Position numbers and translations under genes: made by a program. A model generated the notes under the pieces. It made no database searches and had not been told where the DNA came from. It saw nothing but the letters and a program-made list of their open reading frames with translations. A stretch of 64,000 bases of DNA from positions 8,141 to 72,140 of the forward strand of contig CALXCD010000001.1 in assembly GCA_944386715.1 (NCBI GenBank), given 5' to 3'. Source of the DNA: an uncultured Clostridia bacterium. Its GTDB lineage: Bacteria; Bacillota; Clostridia; TANB77; CAG-508. Shown piece by piece: positions 30,985 through 41,686 of the stretch; position 1 is the stretch's first letter, and each line of letters starts with the position of its first letter.

Positions 30985-33900
30985 TTAATATTCCATTGTA
31001 TAATATTTCCCGTCCGCTGATTTATTAAAAATAACTCTATCAGAATTAATTGTTATAACTGGACGTATACCATCTCCCTCTGGAAAAATAGTAGTAACTC
31101 CTGTTCCACTAAAAATTTCCCCATTTGCTTCTACATAATCAACTGCATCAGGATCCCAATCACTAATTAAAGGAGTTGCAAGAAGATAACGTGAAGAATC
31201 ATAAACATAATTAGACATGCCCTCTACATTTTTTAATTGATCCAACCTATATATTCCAGTTTCATCTTCAAATGTTTGAATTGTGTCTGTCGAAGATAAA
31301 TCTATGTTATATCTTGCTTTATTGATATTTGTTAAAGTTACCGTATTAAGCTTTACATTTCCGTTTTTAAATAAACTATTTCCCTTTAGCATAAACGGAT
31401 AATAATAGTCATAAACGTTACTTCCATTAGTAATAGAAATATAAGATCCTTTATTGTAACGCTCTTTTCCTTGTATTTCTCCATATTCAAATTCGATATC
31501 TCCCAAATTAGAATAAAGTCCAGCAGATACTGCTAAGCTATTATCACCAGCATAAGAAAACCAATCAGATGGCCATTCAAGTGCCTCTTCGAGTTCCTGT
31601 TGACCTAGTGCGTCTGTTACCCACCAATCATTATTTAGTTGAGAACCAAGCATATCAACCGCTACTTTTGCAGGTATCCCTGTACTAATTAATTTTACAT
31701 TAGAATAAGTTCCATCTTGATTATCTGTATAAGATAATAATCGCCATCCATTAGTAGTAGAATATTTATATTCTGGATAGTATACATCTGTATAAGCAAC
31801 ATCATATTTTACAAAATCTGCTGTTTCAGGTGGTTCTACATCATTAATTGTAATGGTATTACTTCCTGATACATCACTATAATTTCCATTTGTAGAATGA
31901 ATGTACCAATATACCGTAGTAGTTCCTGCTGAACTTCTAGAAGGCTTTGAAGTAGTTCCACTTGTTGAATAATTACTTGATGTTAGAGTACTTGATGTAC
32001 TATAATAAATATTACATCCATTTCTTGGTTCATTTACTACTAAAGTAATCGTATGACTATTTCCATCATAATCTCCAATATAATCTCCTGATGTTTTTTG
32101 AATTGCTTTTTTATTAATCGTAAATGCCTTTGTTGCATTTGTTAATGTATAGTTAGAAGTCTTTTTTCTTCCTCCTGTTACACTTTCTATACTTGCTGTT
32201 GATGTATGAGTTCCTGCACTAACTTCTGTTGTTCTTGTTATATTTAATGTTTCTCTACTTATTCCACTATCTGCACTTGCTGTCGGTGCTTGTGGTGAAC
32301 CATTATAAGTAAAGGTTGTCGTGCTTCCCCATGTTACTGATACACTCTTCTTATTTATTGTCCATGAAATACTTTTTGCTCCTGTTGTTCCATCACTCCA
32401 TGCATAATTTGATGTTGGTGTTGCTTTTGCTGTATATGTTCCTGCATCTATTGCTGATTGCGTTCCACTCCATGTTACTTGACTTCCTGTTACTCCTGTT
32501 TGTGTTGCACCATTATATGTTTTGTTTGCTGCCGATGCTGTTGCTGTTTTTGCTCTTGCTATTGTAAATTGCTTTGTATTTCCTGTTAATGTATAGTTTG
32601 ATGCTTTTCCTCTTCCTCCACTTACACTTGATATACTTGCTGTTGATGTATGTGTTCCTGCACCAATTTCTGTTGTTCTTGTAATATTAAGTGTTTCTCC
32701 ATAAATACCACTTGACGCACTTGCTGTTGGTCCTTGTGCTTTTCCATTGTATGTAAATGTTGTACTTCCCCATGTTACTGATACACTCTTTGGACTAATT
32801 CTCCAACTTAAATTTATGCTTGATGTGCTTCCATCTGACCATTGATAGTTGCCACTATCTTTTAGTGTTACAGTTGCTGTATAATTTCCTGCATCAGTTC
32901 CTGTATTTCCACTAATATTCATTGTACTTGAATTATATCCACTTACATTTAATGATTGTGTATTTCCATTATAAGTATAAGTTCCAGAAGCAGTTGGTTT
33001 TGCTACATTTATTTTAGTTACAGTAGCACTTCCATTATTAGTACTATCTGTAATATCCTTAAATGTTGCATTTGCATAGTTAGTTTTCTTAGCTGTTACC
33101 ACTACATAAATGTATTTTCCTACTAATCCATTACCTATCGTATAAGTTTTTCCTGTTGCCCCACTAATTGGTGTTCCTCCACTTGTTGAATTATATGTAT
33201 TAGAGTACCATTGATAACTTAATGTTGCATCTCCTGGATTTACATTTGTCTGAGCTGTTAAGGTTGAACCATATTGGTTGGTTCCTGTAATTGTTACACT
33301 TCCTGTAATTGTTGCATTTGTAATGTTAAATGCTTTTGTTGTATTGGTTAAAGTATAGTTAGAAGCTTTTCCTCTTCCTCCTGTTACACTTTCTATACTT
33401 GCTGTTGAGGTATAACTTCCTACATTTGTTCCTGTTGTTCTTGTTAAGTTAATTGTCTCTCCACTTACTCCACTTGTTGCTACTACAGTTGGTGCTTGCG
33501 CTTTTCCATTATATACGAAACTTGTTGTCTCTCCCCATGTTACTGAAATTTGTTTTGGATTGATTTTCCATCCTAATGATACTCCTGATGTAGTACCATC
33601 TGACCATTGATAATTGCTACTATCTTTTAATGTTACAGTAGCTGTATAATTTCCAGCATCTGTTCCTGTATTTCCACTTACATTCATCGTACTTGAATTA
33701 TATCCACTTAAACTTAATGTTTGGCTTGCACCATTATAAGTATAACTTCCAGAAACAGTTGGTTTTGCTACATTTATTTTAGTTACAGTAGCACTTCCAT
33801 TATTAGTACTATCTGTAATATCACTAAATGTCGCATTTGTATAGTTAGCTTTCTTAGCTGTTACTACTACATAAATATATTTTCCTACTAGTCCACTACC

Positions 33901-36900
33901 TATTTGATACGTTTTTCCTGTTGCTCCATTAATTGGTGTTCCTCCACTTGTTGAATTACTTGTATTAGAATACCATTGATAACTTAAAGTTGCATCTCCT
34001 GGATTGATACTAGTTTCTGCTGTTAATGTTGAACCATATTGGTTTGTTCCTGTTATCTTTACACTTCCCGTAATAGTTGCATTTGTAATAGTAAATGCTT
34101 TTGTTGTATTGGTTAATGTATAGTTAGATGCTTTTCCTCTTCCTCCTGTTACACTTGTTATACTTGCTATTGAGGTATAACTTCCTACATTTGTTCCTGT
34201 TGTTCTTGTTAAGTTAATGGTTTCTCCACTTACTCCACTTGTTGCTACTACAGTTGGTGCTTGTTCTTTTCCGTTATATACGAAACTTGTTGTCTCTCCC
34301 CATGTTACTGCTACTGATTTTGCATTAATTTTCCAACTTAAAGATACATTTCCTGTACTTCCATCTGACCATTGATAATTGCTACTATCTTTTAAGCTTA
34401 CGGTTGCTGTATAATTTCCTGCATCTGTTCCTGTATTTCCACTCACATTCATCGTACTTGAATTATATCCACTTAAACTTAATGTTTGAGTTGCTCCATT
34501 GTAAGTATAATTTCCTGTTGCAGTTGGTTTATTTAAGTTTATCTTAGTTACAGTAGCACTTCCGTTATTCGTACCATCTGTAATATCACTAAATGTTGCA
34601 TTTGCATAATTAGTTTTCTTAGCTGTTACCACTACATAAATATATTTTCCTACTAGTCCACTACCTATTTGATACGTTTTTCCTGTTGCTCCATTAATTG
34701 GTGTTCCTCCACTTGTTGAATTACTTGTATTAGAATACCATTGATAACTTAAAGTTGCATCTCCTGGATTGACACTAGTTTGAGCTGTTAATGTTGAACC
34801 ATATCGGTTTGTTCCTGTTATTTTAACACTTCCTGTAATCGTTGCATTTGTAATATTAAATGCTTTTGTTGCATTTGTTAATGTATAGTTAGAAGTTTTT
34901 CCTCTTCCTCCTGTTACATTCGTAATACTTGCTGTAGATGTATAACTTCCTACATCAATCTCTGTTGTTCTTGTAATATTAATGGTTTCTCCACTAACAC
35001 CACTTTCCGCACTTACTGTTGGTGCTTGTTCTTTTCCATTATAAACAAAACTTGTTGTATCTCCCCATATTACAGCCACTTCTTTTGCATTAATCTTCCA
35101 GCTTAAAGTCACATTAGATGTAGTTCCATCTGACCATTGATAGTTGCCACTATCTTTTAGTGTTACAGTTGCTGTATAATTTCCTGCATCAGTTCCTGTA
35201 TTTCCACTTACTGTCATATTTCCTGCATCAAATCCATTCAAAGTTAATGTTTGATTAGTTCCATTATAAGTATAATTTCCTGTTGCTGTTGGCTTTTGTA
35301 TACTTATTTTCATAACAGTTGCACTTCCGTTATTAGTTGGGTCTGTAATGTCACTAAATGTTACTTCATTATAATTGTCTTTTTTAGCTGTTACTACTAC
35401 ATAAATATATTTTCCTACTAATCCATCCCCTATTGTATAATCCTTTCTGTTTGCTCCATCAATTGGTGTTCCTCCATTTGTTGAATTAGTTGTATTAGAA
35501 TACCATTGATAAGTTAAAGTAGCATCTTCTGGATTTACATTAGTTTGGGCTGTCAAGGTTGAACCATATTGGTTGGTTCCTGTAATTGTTACACTTCCTG
35601 TAATTGTTGCATTTGTAATATTAAATGCTTTTGTTGTATTAGTTAGTATATAGTTAGCTGTCTTTTCTCTTCCTCCTGTTACACTTTCTAACTTAGCAGT
35701 TGAAGTATAACTTCCTACTTCTGTCTCTGTCGTTCTTGTCATATTAAGAGTTTCGCCATTAACACCACTTTCAGCACTTACTGTTGGTGCTTGTTCTTTT
35801 CCATTATAGACAAAACTTGTTGTTGTTCCCCATACTACTGCTACTTCTTTTGGATTAATTCTCCAGCTCAAAGTCACATTTGATGTAGTTCCATCTGACC
35901 ATTGATAGTTTTCACTATCTTTCAATGTTACAATTGCTGTGTAATCTCCTGCATCTATTCCAGTATTTCCACTAACATTCATTTTTTCTGCATCAAGTCC
36001 CTTTAAAGTTAATGTCTGAGTAGTTCCGTTATAAGTATAACTTCCTTCTGCTGTTGGTTTTTGTACATTTATCTTCATAACAGTTGCACTTCCGTTATTG
36101 GTTGGGTCTGTAATGTCACTAAAGCTTGCATTTCCATAGTTTGGTTTTTTCGCTGTTACTACTACATAAATATATTTTCCTGCTAATCCGCTTCCTACAG
36201 TATAATCTTTTTTATTCGCTCCATCAATTGGTGTTCCTCCACTAGCAACATTATTGCTACTAGAATACCATTGATAAGTTAAAGTTGCATCACTTGGATT
36301 TACTGTTGTTTCTGCTGTTAAAGTAGAACCGTATTGGTTTGTTCCTGTTATTTTCACACTTCCTGTGATAACTTGATTTGCTATACTAAATTCTTTTGTA
36401 GTTCCAATTAAAGTATAGTTAGAAACTTTTTCTCTTCCTCCTGTTACACTTTCCAATTTAGCAGTTGATGTGTAATTACCTACATTAGTTTCTGTCGTTC
36501 TAGTAATATTAAGTGTTTCACCTTCTACACCACTTTCGGCACTTGCTGTTGGTGCTTGTGGGTGTCCATTATATACAAAACTTGTTGTTTCTCCCCATAT
36601 TACTGGTATTTGTTTTGGATTTATTTTCCAACTTAGAGTCACATTAGCTATAGTTCCATCTGACCATTGATAGTTACTACTATCTTTTAATGTTACAGTT
36701 GCTGTATAATCTCCTGCATCAATTCCAGTATCTCCACTTATATTCATAACATTTGCATCATAACCATTTAAAGTTATTTTTTGATTTGTACCATTATAAC
36801 TATAAGTTCCAGAAACTGTTGGTTTTTCCAAGTTAGCTTTCATAACAGTAGCACTTTCGTTAGTATCACTATCTGTAATATCACTAAAGCTTACTTCACC

Positions 36901-39900
36901 ATAATTTGTCTTTTTCGCTGTTACCACTACATAAATGTATTTTCCTATTAAGCCATCTCCTACTGTATAATCTTTTTTATTCGCTCCATCAATTGGTGTT
37001 CCTCCTGTTGTACTTTCTGTTGTATTAGAATACCATTGATAGGTTAAAGTAGCATCTTCTGGGTTTACTACCGTTTGAGCTGTTAAAGTTGAACCGTATT
37101 GATTTGTTCCTATTATTGTTACATTTCCTACTATTTTATCATTTGTAATAGTAAATTCTTTTGTATTATTTGTTAAGGTATAATTAGAAACTTTTCCTCT
37201 TCCTCCTGTTACACTCTCAATACTTGCTACTGATGTATGTGTTCCTACATCTTTTGCCGTTGTTCTTACTACATTAATAACTTCTCCATTTACACCACTA
37301 GAAGCCTTTACTGTTGGAGCTTGTTCTTTTCCGTTATACACAAAGCTTGTGGTTATTCCCCATACAGCCTCTATACTTTTTGTATTAATTTTCCAGTCTA
37401 AAGTTAGCTCTGTCACGGTTCCATCTGACCATTGATAATTCTCACTATCTTTTAAGGATATTATTGCAGTATAATCTCCTGCATCTATTCCTGTATTTCC
37501 ACTTACATTCATAGTTGCTTGATCGAATTTATTTAAAGTTGCCGTTTGGTTTGTTCCGTTATATGTATAAGTTCCTGTAAGTGTTGGTTTTTCAACACTT
37601 ACTTTTATTACAGTTGCACTTTCGTTATTAGTTGGGTCTGTAATATCACTAAAGGTTGCCTCTCCATAATTAGGTTTTGTAGCTGTCACTTGTACATAAA
37701 TGTATTTTCCAATCAATCCCTTTCCTACTACATAATCTTTTTCGTTTGCCCCTTCAATTGGTGTTCCTTCTGTTGTGCTTTCTGTTGTATTAAAGTACCA
37801 TTGATAGGTTAAAGTAGCATCTTCTGGACTTACTACAGTTTGAGCTGTTAAAGTTGAACCATATTGATTTTTTCCTGTTATTTTAACATTTCCTGCTATT
37901 TTATCATTTGTAATAGTAAATTCTTTTGTTGTATTTGTTAAGGTATAGTTAGTTGTCTTTCCTCTTCCTCCTGTTACACTTTCAAGACTTGCTGTTGATG
38001 TATAGTTTCCTACAGTAATTGCTGTTGTTCTTGTAATATTAAGGTTTTCTCCATCTACTCCACTTTCTGCAGTTGCTGTTGGTGCTTGTTCTTTTCCATT
38101 ATAAACAAAGTTTGTCACATCTCCCCAAATTACCGCTATCGTTTTTGGATTAATTTTCCATGTAATTGTTTTTGCTTCTGTTGTTCCATCTTCCCATGTA
38201 TAATTTTCTTCTGGTGTTGCCGTTGCTGTATAAGTTCCTGCATCTATTGCTTCTATTGTTCCTGTTAATATAACATGGTTCCCATTAATACCTTTTTGAT
38301 TTGCACCATTATATATTTTTTCTTCCTCTGCTACTGCTGTTGCTGTTAGCGATTTTTGTACAGTTATTGTTTTGGTGATACTTGCCTCTTTTACTGTTTC
38401 TGTCCTTGCCATAATAGCTGTGATTTCTGAAGCTCCACCCACTGCTACTGGTGTTAATGTTCCTGTACTAGCATCTACTGTCAAATAGGTTGGATTAGAA
38501 GATTGGTAAGTAATTGCTCCTGCTGTTCCTCCTTCTCCACTCACCTTTACTGTTGCTTTTTTACTTGTATCACCATAGTATACAGTATCTGGTGTTGTAT
38601 TTTCCCATTCTAGTGTTCTAGTATATTTTTGTACGGTTATTGTTACTTCCTTACTTGTCTCTTTATAGTTATCGTTTCCTGCATCTGTTACTGTAACTAC
38701 TATTGTTTTATCTCCATCATCATTTATTGAGTTAGTTCCTGCTGTTAATGTATTTCCTTCTATTTTACTTCCTTGTGTTGTTTGATTTTTAATGCTATAA
38801 GTTACATTTCCTTTTGCATTACTTACTAATGTTGATAAATCTACTTTTTCTCCTACTTTAACTGTTTTACTTGTTACTGTCATTGGACTTTCTAATTTTG
38901 TTACTTCAAAACTATTGCTTACTTTTACTTCTTCTGCTCTATTTCCTGCTATATCTGTTACTCTTGTCCATAAGTAATAAGTTCCAGCTTTACAATCTTC
39001 CTTACTTACTGTTTCTCCATTTTCAAATGTCTTCCACTCTTCTTCTTTTGGTTGTTCGTCTTTACTTGTTGACCATGCATATTCTAATTTGTTTAATCCT
39101 GAACCTCCTTCATCTGCTGCTGTTAAAGTTGTTTTTATTGTTGCCTCTCCACTATCTGGCATTACCGTATTTCCCCCATTTGGAGTCAATGTTACAGTTG
39201 GTTTTATCTTATCAATATTACTTATTGTTATTTCTTTCGTTATTTCTTTACCTGATTCATCTTCTACTGTTACTGTTATAGTTTGATTATTTGTTTTTAT
39301 GATGACTTCTGTTTCATCTTTTATTTCGTAATCTATTCCTTCTGTTCCTGTTACTGTTATAGTTTTATCTCCTGTTATTCTATCATCATATTCTATTTTT
39401 ACTGTTACATCTTGGTTTGTCCAGTCTTTTGGATTTTGTGTTAATATGATTAAATTCTCTGTACTTGGTTTTACACTAAATTCTTTACTTACCTCAATTG
39501 CTTCATTTCCTGCTACATCTGTTATTCTTGTCCATAAATAATAACTTCCTTCTTCACAATCTTTTTTACTTACTGTTTGTTCATTTGTTAATGGTTCCCA
39601 TTCTTGTTCTGTTGGTCTTGTTGTATTTGAATTACTCCATGCATATTGTCGTGTATTTAATCCTGAACCTCCTTCATCTTTTGCTGTTACTTTCACTTCT
39701 ATTGTTCCATCTTCTGCTGATTGTTCAGTTGATGTATTAATTAATGTTTTTCCACAGTTTGTTCCCATAGAACATCCATAACCATTTATATCATAGTAAG
39801 TCGAATAACTTGCATGACTATCACATGTTACTGTTCCCCATTCTTGCCCACACTCATCACATTTCATCCAAACATTTTTAGTGGCTGGATTATTACAACC

Positions 39901-40596
39901 TACTACAACACATCCTGAACTTCCAGAATAAGATGTAATTCTATTTCCTCTTAATGTTCCTGAACATGTTTTCCTCTCCTCACAAGTTCCAGCACTAGTA
40001 CTATAATAACCTGAATGTGTTGGGCAATGATAATGCTCTTCTTTAAATGTAGCCTCACATACACTACAATAATACCCTGCTGTTTCAACAAAAAATTCTC
40101 CACCATTTGGATTTAATGTTACTGTTGGTTTTATTTTATCTATTCTTGTAATATCTGCCTTAGCACTCATATCTTTATATTCTGAGATTATTGTACAATT
40201 TTTTCCAATGATAAATTCCTGCTCATATTTTTTCTTAACACCATCAATTGTATAATATCTTTCATCTTCTGGAACTGAAGCCGGAAAAGTAATTTCTACT
40301 TTCAAATCCTGATTTGTCCATTGTTCTATTGGATAAACCTCCCCTGAAGATGCAAAATACAAAGCAATATGAATATTTCCATTTACTAAATCATTATATT
40401 CCTTTTCCATTTCCTTTTCATTACTGCTTTGTTCATAATGTTTTTGTATTGTTTTAACTTGTCTATTTTGTTCTGATACACTATTTACAGTATTGACATA
40501 AATTGCATAAGCAATAATTATGAAAAAAAGTATAGCTATTAAAACAAATAAAGTAATAGAACCTCTTTCTTTTCCATGATTTTTGAATTTACTCAT
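30985..40596 (-). CDS. Giant (3204-aa) repetitive surface adhesin: N-terminal hydrophobic anchor/prepilin-like segment, Cys/His-rich module, Ig-like modules, about 8 tandem 255-aa Y(N/D)G MBG-like repeat units
   Basis: Start set at the ATG at 40596, preceded by AGGAGAG. N-terminus MSKFKNHGKERG|SITLFVLIAILFFIIIAYAI. Repeat unit contains SFVYNGKEQAPT, QYGSTLTAQT and QWYSNT...KYIYVVVTAKK. The ORF-track N-terminal extension has no RBS. Confidence 0.8.
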   Translation of the reverse strand: MSKFKNHGKERGSITLFVLIAILFFIIIAYAIYVNTVNSVSEQNRQVKTIQKHYEQSSNEKEMEKEYNDLVNGNIHIALYFASSGEVYPIEQWTNQDLKVEITFPASVPEDERYYTIDGVKKKYEQEFIIGKNCTIISEYKDMSAKADITRIDKIKPTVTLNPNGGEFFVETAGYYCSVCEATFKEEHYHCPTHSGYYSTSAGTCEERKTCSGTLRGNRITSYSGSSGCVVVGCNNPATKNVWMKCDECGQEWGTVTCDSHASYSTYYDINGYGCSMGTNCGKTLINTSTEQSAEDGTIEVKVTAKDEGGSGLNTRQYAWSNSNTTRPTEQEWEPLTNEQTVSKKDCEEGSYYLWTRITDVAGNEAIEVSKEFSVKPSTENLIILTQNPKDWTNQDVTVKIEYDDRITGDKTITVTGTEGIDYEIKDETEVIIKTNNQTITVTVEDESGKEITKEITISNIDKIKPTVTLTPNGGNTVMPDSGEATIKTTLTAADEGGSGLNKLEYAWSTSKDEQPKEEEWKTFENGETVSKEDCKAGTYYLWTRVTDIAGNRAEEVKVSNSFEVTKLESPMTVTSKTVKVGEKVDLSTLVSNAKGNVTYSIKNQTTQGSKIEGNTLTAGTNSINDDGDKTIVVTVTDAGNDNYKETSKEVTITVQKYTRTLEWENTTPDTVYYGDTSKKATVKVSGEGGTAGAITYQSSNPTYLTVDASTGTLTPVAVGGASEITAIMARTETVKEASITKTITVQKSLTATAVAEEEKIYNGANQKGINGNHVILTGTIEAIDAGTYTATATPEENYTWEDGTTEAKTITWKINPKTIAVIWGDVTNFVYNGKEQAPTATAESGVDGENLNITRTTAITVGNYTSTASLESVTGGRGKTTNYTLTNTTKEFTITNDKIAGNVKITGKNQYGSTLTAQTVVSPEDATLTYQWYFNTTESTTEGTPIEGANEKDYVVGKGLIGKYIYVQVTATKPNYGEATFSDITDPTNNESATVIKVSVEKPTLTGTYTYNGTNQTATLNKFDQATMNVSGNTGIDAGDYTAIISLKDSENYQWSDGTVTELTLDWKINTKSIEAVWGITTSFVYNGKEQAPTVKASSGVNGEVINVVRTTAKDVGTHTSVASIESVTGGRGKVSNYTLTNNTKEFTITNDKIVGNVTIIGTNQYGSTLTAQTVVNPEDATLTYQWYSNTTESTTGGTPIDGANKKDYTVGDGLIGKYIYVVVTAKKTNYGEVSFSDITDSDTNESATVMKANLEKPTVSGTYSYNGTNQKITLNGYDANVMNISGDTGIDAGDYTATVTLKDSSNYQWSDGTIANVTLSWKINPKQIPVIWGETTSFVYNGHPQAPTASAESGVEGETLNITRTTETNVGNYTSTAKLESVTGGREKVSNYTLIGTTKEFSIANQVITGSVKITGTNQYGSTLTAETTVNPSDATLTYQWYSSSNNVASGGTPIDGANKKDYTVGSGLAGKYIYVVVTAKKPNYGNASFSDITDPTNNGSATVMKINVQKPTAEGSYTYNGTTQTLTLKGLDAEKMNVSGNTGIDAGDYTAIVTLKDSENYQWSDGTTSNVTLSWRINPKEVAVVWGTTTSFVYNGKEQAPTVSAESGVNGETLNMTRTTETEVGSYTSTAKLESVTGGREKTANYILTNTTKAFNITNATITGSVTITGTNQYGSTLTAQTNVNPEDATLTYQWYSNTTNSTNGGTPIDGANRKDYTIGDGLVGKYIYVVVTAKKDNYNEVTFSDITDPTNNGSATVMKISIQKPTATGNYTYNGTNQTLTLNGFDAGNMTVSGNTGTDAGNYTATVTLKDSGNYQWSDGTTSNVTLSWKINAKEVAVIWGDTTSFVYNGKEQAPTVSAESGVSGETINITRTTEIDVGSYTSTASITNVTGGRGKTSNYTLTNATKAFNITNATITGSVKITGTNRYGSTLTAQTSVNPGDATLSYQWYSNTSNSTSGGTPINGATGKTYQIGSGLVGKYIYVVVTAKKTNYANATFSDITDGTNNGSATVTKINLNKPTATGNYTYNGATQTLSLSGYNSSTMNVSGNTGTDAGNYTATVSLKDSSNYQWSDGSTGNVSLSWKINAKSVAVTWGETTSFVYNGKEQAPTVVATSGVSGETINLTRTTGTNVGSYTSIASITSVTGGRGKASNYTLTNTTKAFTITNATITGSVKITGTNQYGSTLTAETSINPGDATLSYQWYSNTSNSTSGGTPINGATGKTYQIGSGLVGKYIYVVVTAKKANYTNATFSDITDSTNNGSATVTKINVAKPTVSGSYTYNGASQTLSLSGYNSSTMNVSGNTGTDAGNYTATVTLKDSSNYQWSDGTTSGVSLGWKINPKQISVTWGETTSFVYNGKAQAPTVVATSGVSGETINLTRTTGTNVGSYTSTASIESVTGGRGKASNYTLTNTTKAFNITNATITGSVTITGTNQYGSTLTAQTNVNPGDATLSYQWYSNTYNSTSGGTPISGATGKTYTIGNGLVGKYIYVVVTAKKTNYANATFKDITDSTNNGSATVTKINVAKPTASGTYTYNGNTQSLNVSGYNSSTMNISGNTGTDAGNYTATVTLKDSGNYQWSDGSTSSINLSWRISPKSVSVTWGSTTFTYNGKAQGPTASASSGIYGETLNITRTTEIGAGTHTSTASISSVSGGRGKASNYTLTGNTKQFTIARAKTATASAANKTYNGATQTGVTGSQVTWSGTQSAIDAGTYTAKATPTSNYAWSDGTTGAKSISWTINKKSVSVTWGSTTTFTYNGSPQAPTASADSGISRETLNITRTTEVSAGTHTSTASIESVTGGRKKTSNYTLTNATKAFTINKKAIQKTSGDYIGDYDGNSHTITLVVNEPRNGCNIYYSTSSTLTSSNYSTSGTTSKPSRSSAGTTTVYWYIHSTNGNYSDVSGSNTITINDVEPPETADFVKYDVAYTDVYYPEYKYSTTNGWRLLSYTDNQDGTYSNVKLISTGIPAKVAVDMLGSQLNNDWWVTDALGQQELEEALEWPSDWFSYAGDNSLAVSAGLYSNLGDIEFEYGEIQGKERYNKGSYISITNGSNVYDYYYPFMLKGNSLFKNGNVKLNTVTLTNINKARYNIDLSSTDTIQTFEDETGIYRLDQLKNVEGMSNYVYDSSRYLLATPLISDWDPDAVDYVEANGEIFSGTGVTTIFPEGDGIRPVITINSDRVIFNKSADGKYYTMEY
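32560..38350. repeat. Tandem array of about 8 near-identical repeats of about 765 nt inside the giant adhesin gene
   Basis: The landmark string CCTCCTGTTACACTTTC(T/C)A..CTTGCTGTTGA recurs at about 32611, 33381, 34146, 34911, 35675, 36441, 37203, 37965. Confidence 0.85.
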
Positions 40597-40912
40597 TTTA
40601 CATTCTCTCCTATAAATATTTTTATGCTTTAACAATTCTAATTTAACAAAGCAAAATAAATATTTCAATGCTTTAATTTGGTAAAACCTATCTCCCTTTA
40701 TCAAAGCACTTACGGATTTCGTATTTCGTTTATCTTATTAGAAAAAATTAATTTTATTTTACATTTTTGTAATATTGCTGTAATTTATGCACAAAAAAGC
40801 CTTAAATATTCGATAAATGTCTTTTTTGCAAAAATGTAAAAAAATTTTTCTTGATTTTGCGAGTTTCTTTTGATATATTAATTTTAATTTATAGAGAGGA
40901 AAAATGTTATAA

Positions 40913-41458
40913 AAAAACAAGAAAATCATTATATCCGTAAGGATTGCTGTTATTGTTTTAATAGGATTTTTCATTTTTTTACTAATAAACAACCATAAAA
41001 ACAATACTTCTATAGACCAAAATATTTCCAATAATACTTCAACTGAAATAAATGAGATATCAACAGAGTCTGAATCTACGGTACCAACATTTACCCTAGA
41101 AAGTACACCAGATAATCCTATTGAAATGGACGGGGTAGAAGCCACTACTATCAAAATAAGTAATAATGCAGGAGATGTAAAAGTAGATACTATATTAAAA
41201 AACAATTCTGATGAAGATATACATGGGTTTTTTATCGAAATAAATTTACTAGATAAAGATAACAATATTATTACAACCCTTTCTGAAAATTCCGAAAAAA
41301 CTATAAAAGCTCATAGCGAACATGCCCTAACAAACTATATTACAGCATTAGATAACGCAGAAAATATAACAAATGCACAAATTGTAACAATGGAAAAAAA
41401 CAGTATTAAAAACATGTTAGAAAATAGGTTTCAAGATATAGAAATGATAAAAGAATAA
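40913..41458 (+). CDS. Membrane-anchored 180-aa protein with N-terminal signal-anchor; canonical ATG at 40904 is followed by an in-frame TAA at codon 3
   Basis: Strong RBS AGAGAGGA then ATG TTA TAA. The open frame resumes KNKKIIISVRIAVIVLIGFFIFLLINNHK... and runs to 41458. The first internal ATG is at 41126 (ORF-track entry). The antisense ORF 40759..41265 is low-complexity. Confidence 0.45.
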   Translation, partial: KNKKIIISVRIAVIVLIGFFIFLLINNHKNNTSIDQNISNNTSTEINEISTESESTVPTFTLESTPDNPIEMDGVEATTIKISNNAGDVKVDTILKNNSDEDIHGFFIEINLLDKDNNIITTLSENSEKTIKAHSEHALTNYITALDNAENITNAQIVTMEKNSIKNMLENRFQDIEMIKE

Positions 41459-41466
41459 TTAATACA

Positions 41467-41684
41467 TGAATCTGTCAAGGGGGATATTCCTTTTGGCAGA
41501 TTTCGTTATTTATCATAAAAACTAAAACTATATGAAAAAGTAGTTATCTATTCATAATTTGCAGACAAGACCCGGATTATTACACCCCAAGATTGCTTTT
41601 GTCAAAAAGTATGAATAGATAACTACTTTTTAAGTTATATATAAGTGAAATCTGCCAAAAGGAATATCCCCCTTGACAGATTTA
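41467..41684. mobile_element. MITE-like structured element, copy 2: perfect 35-bp outer IR (AATCTGTCAAGGGGGATATTCCTTTTGGCAGATTT / RC), perfect 22-bp inner IR, conserved core TTGCAGACAAGACCCGGATTATTACACCCCAAGATTGCTTTTGTCAAA
   Basis: Read directly. Fills the gap between the convergent stops of the 41458 gene and rpoC, so it may double as a bidirectional terminator. Confidence 0.6.
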
Positions 41685-41686
41685 CA

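Noticed and set aside
32316-39740. Leucine-rich plus-strand ORFs inside the giant adhesin gene (e.g. 32316-32567, 38871-39281, 39498-39740)
   Set aside because: They are antisense shadows of the Thr/Asn/Gly-rich repeats, contain poly-Leu runs and have no start context.
40759-41265. 168-aa minus-strand ORF antisense to the 40913..41458 gene
   Set aside because: The translation is low-complexity (S/L/I/F-rich), typical of antisense of an AT-rich gene. There is no RBS. The plus-strand gene has a strong RBS, signal-anchor and terminator.
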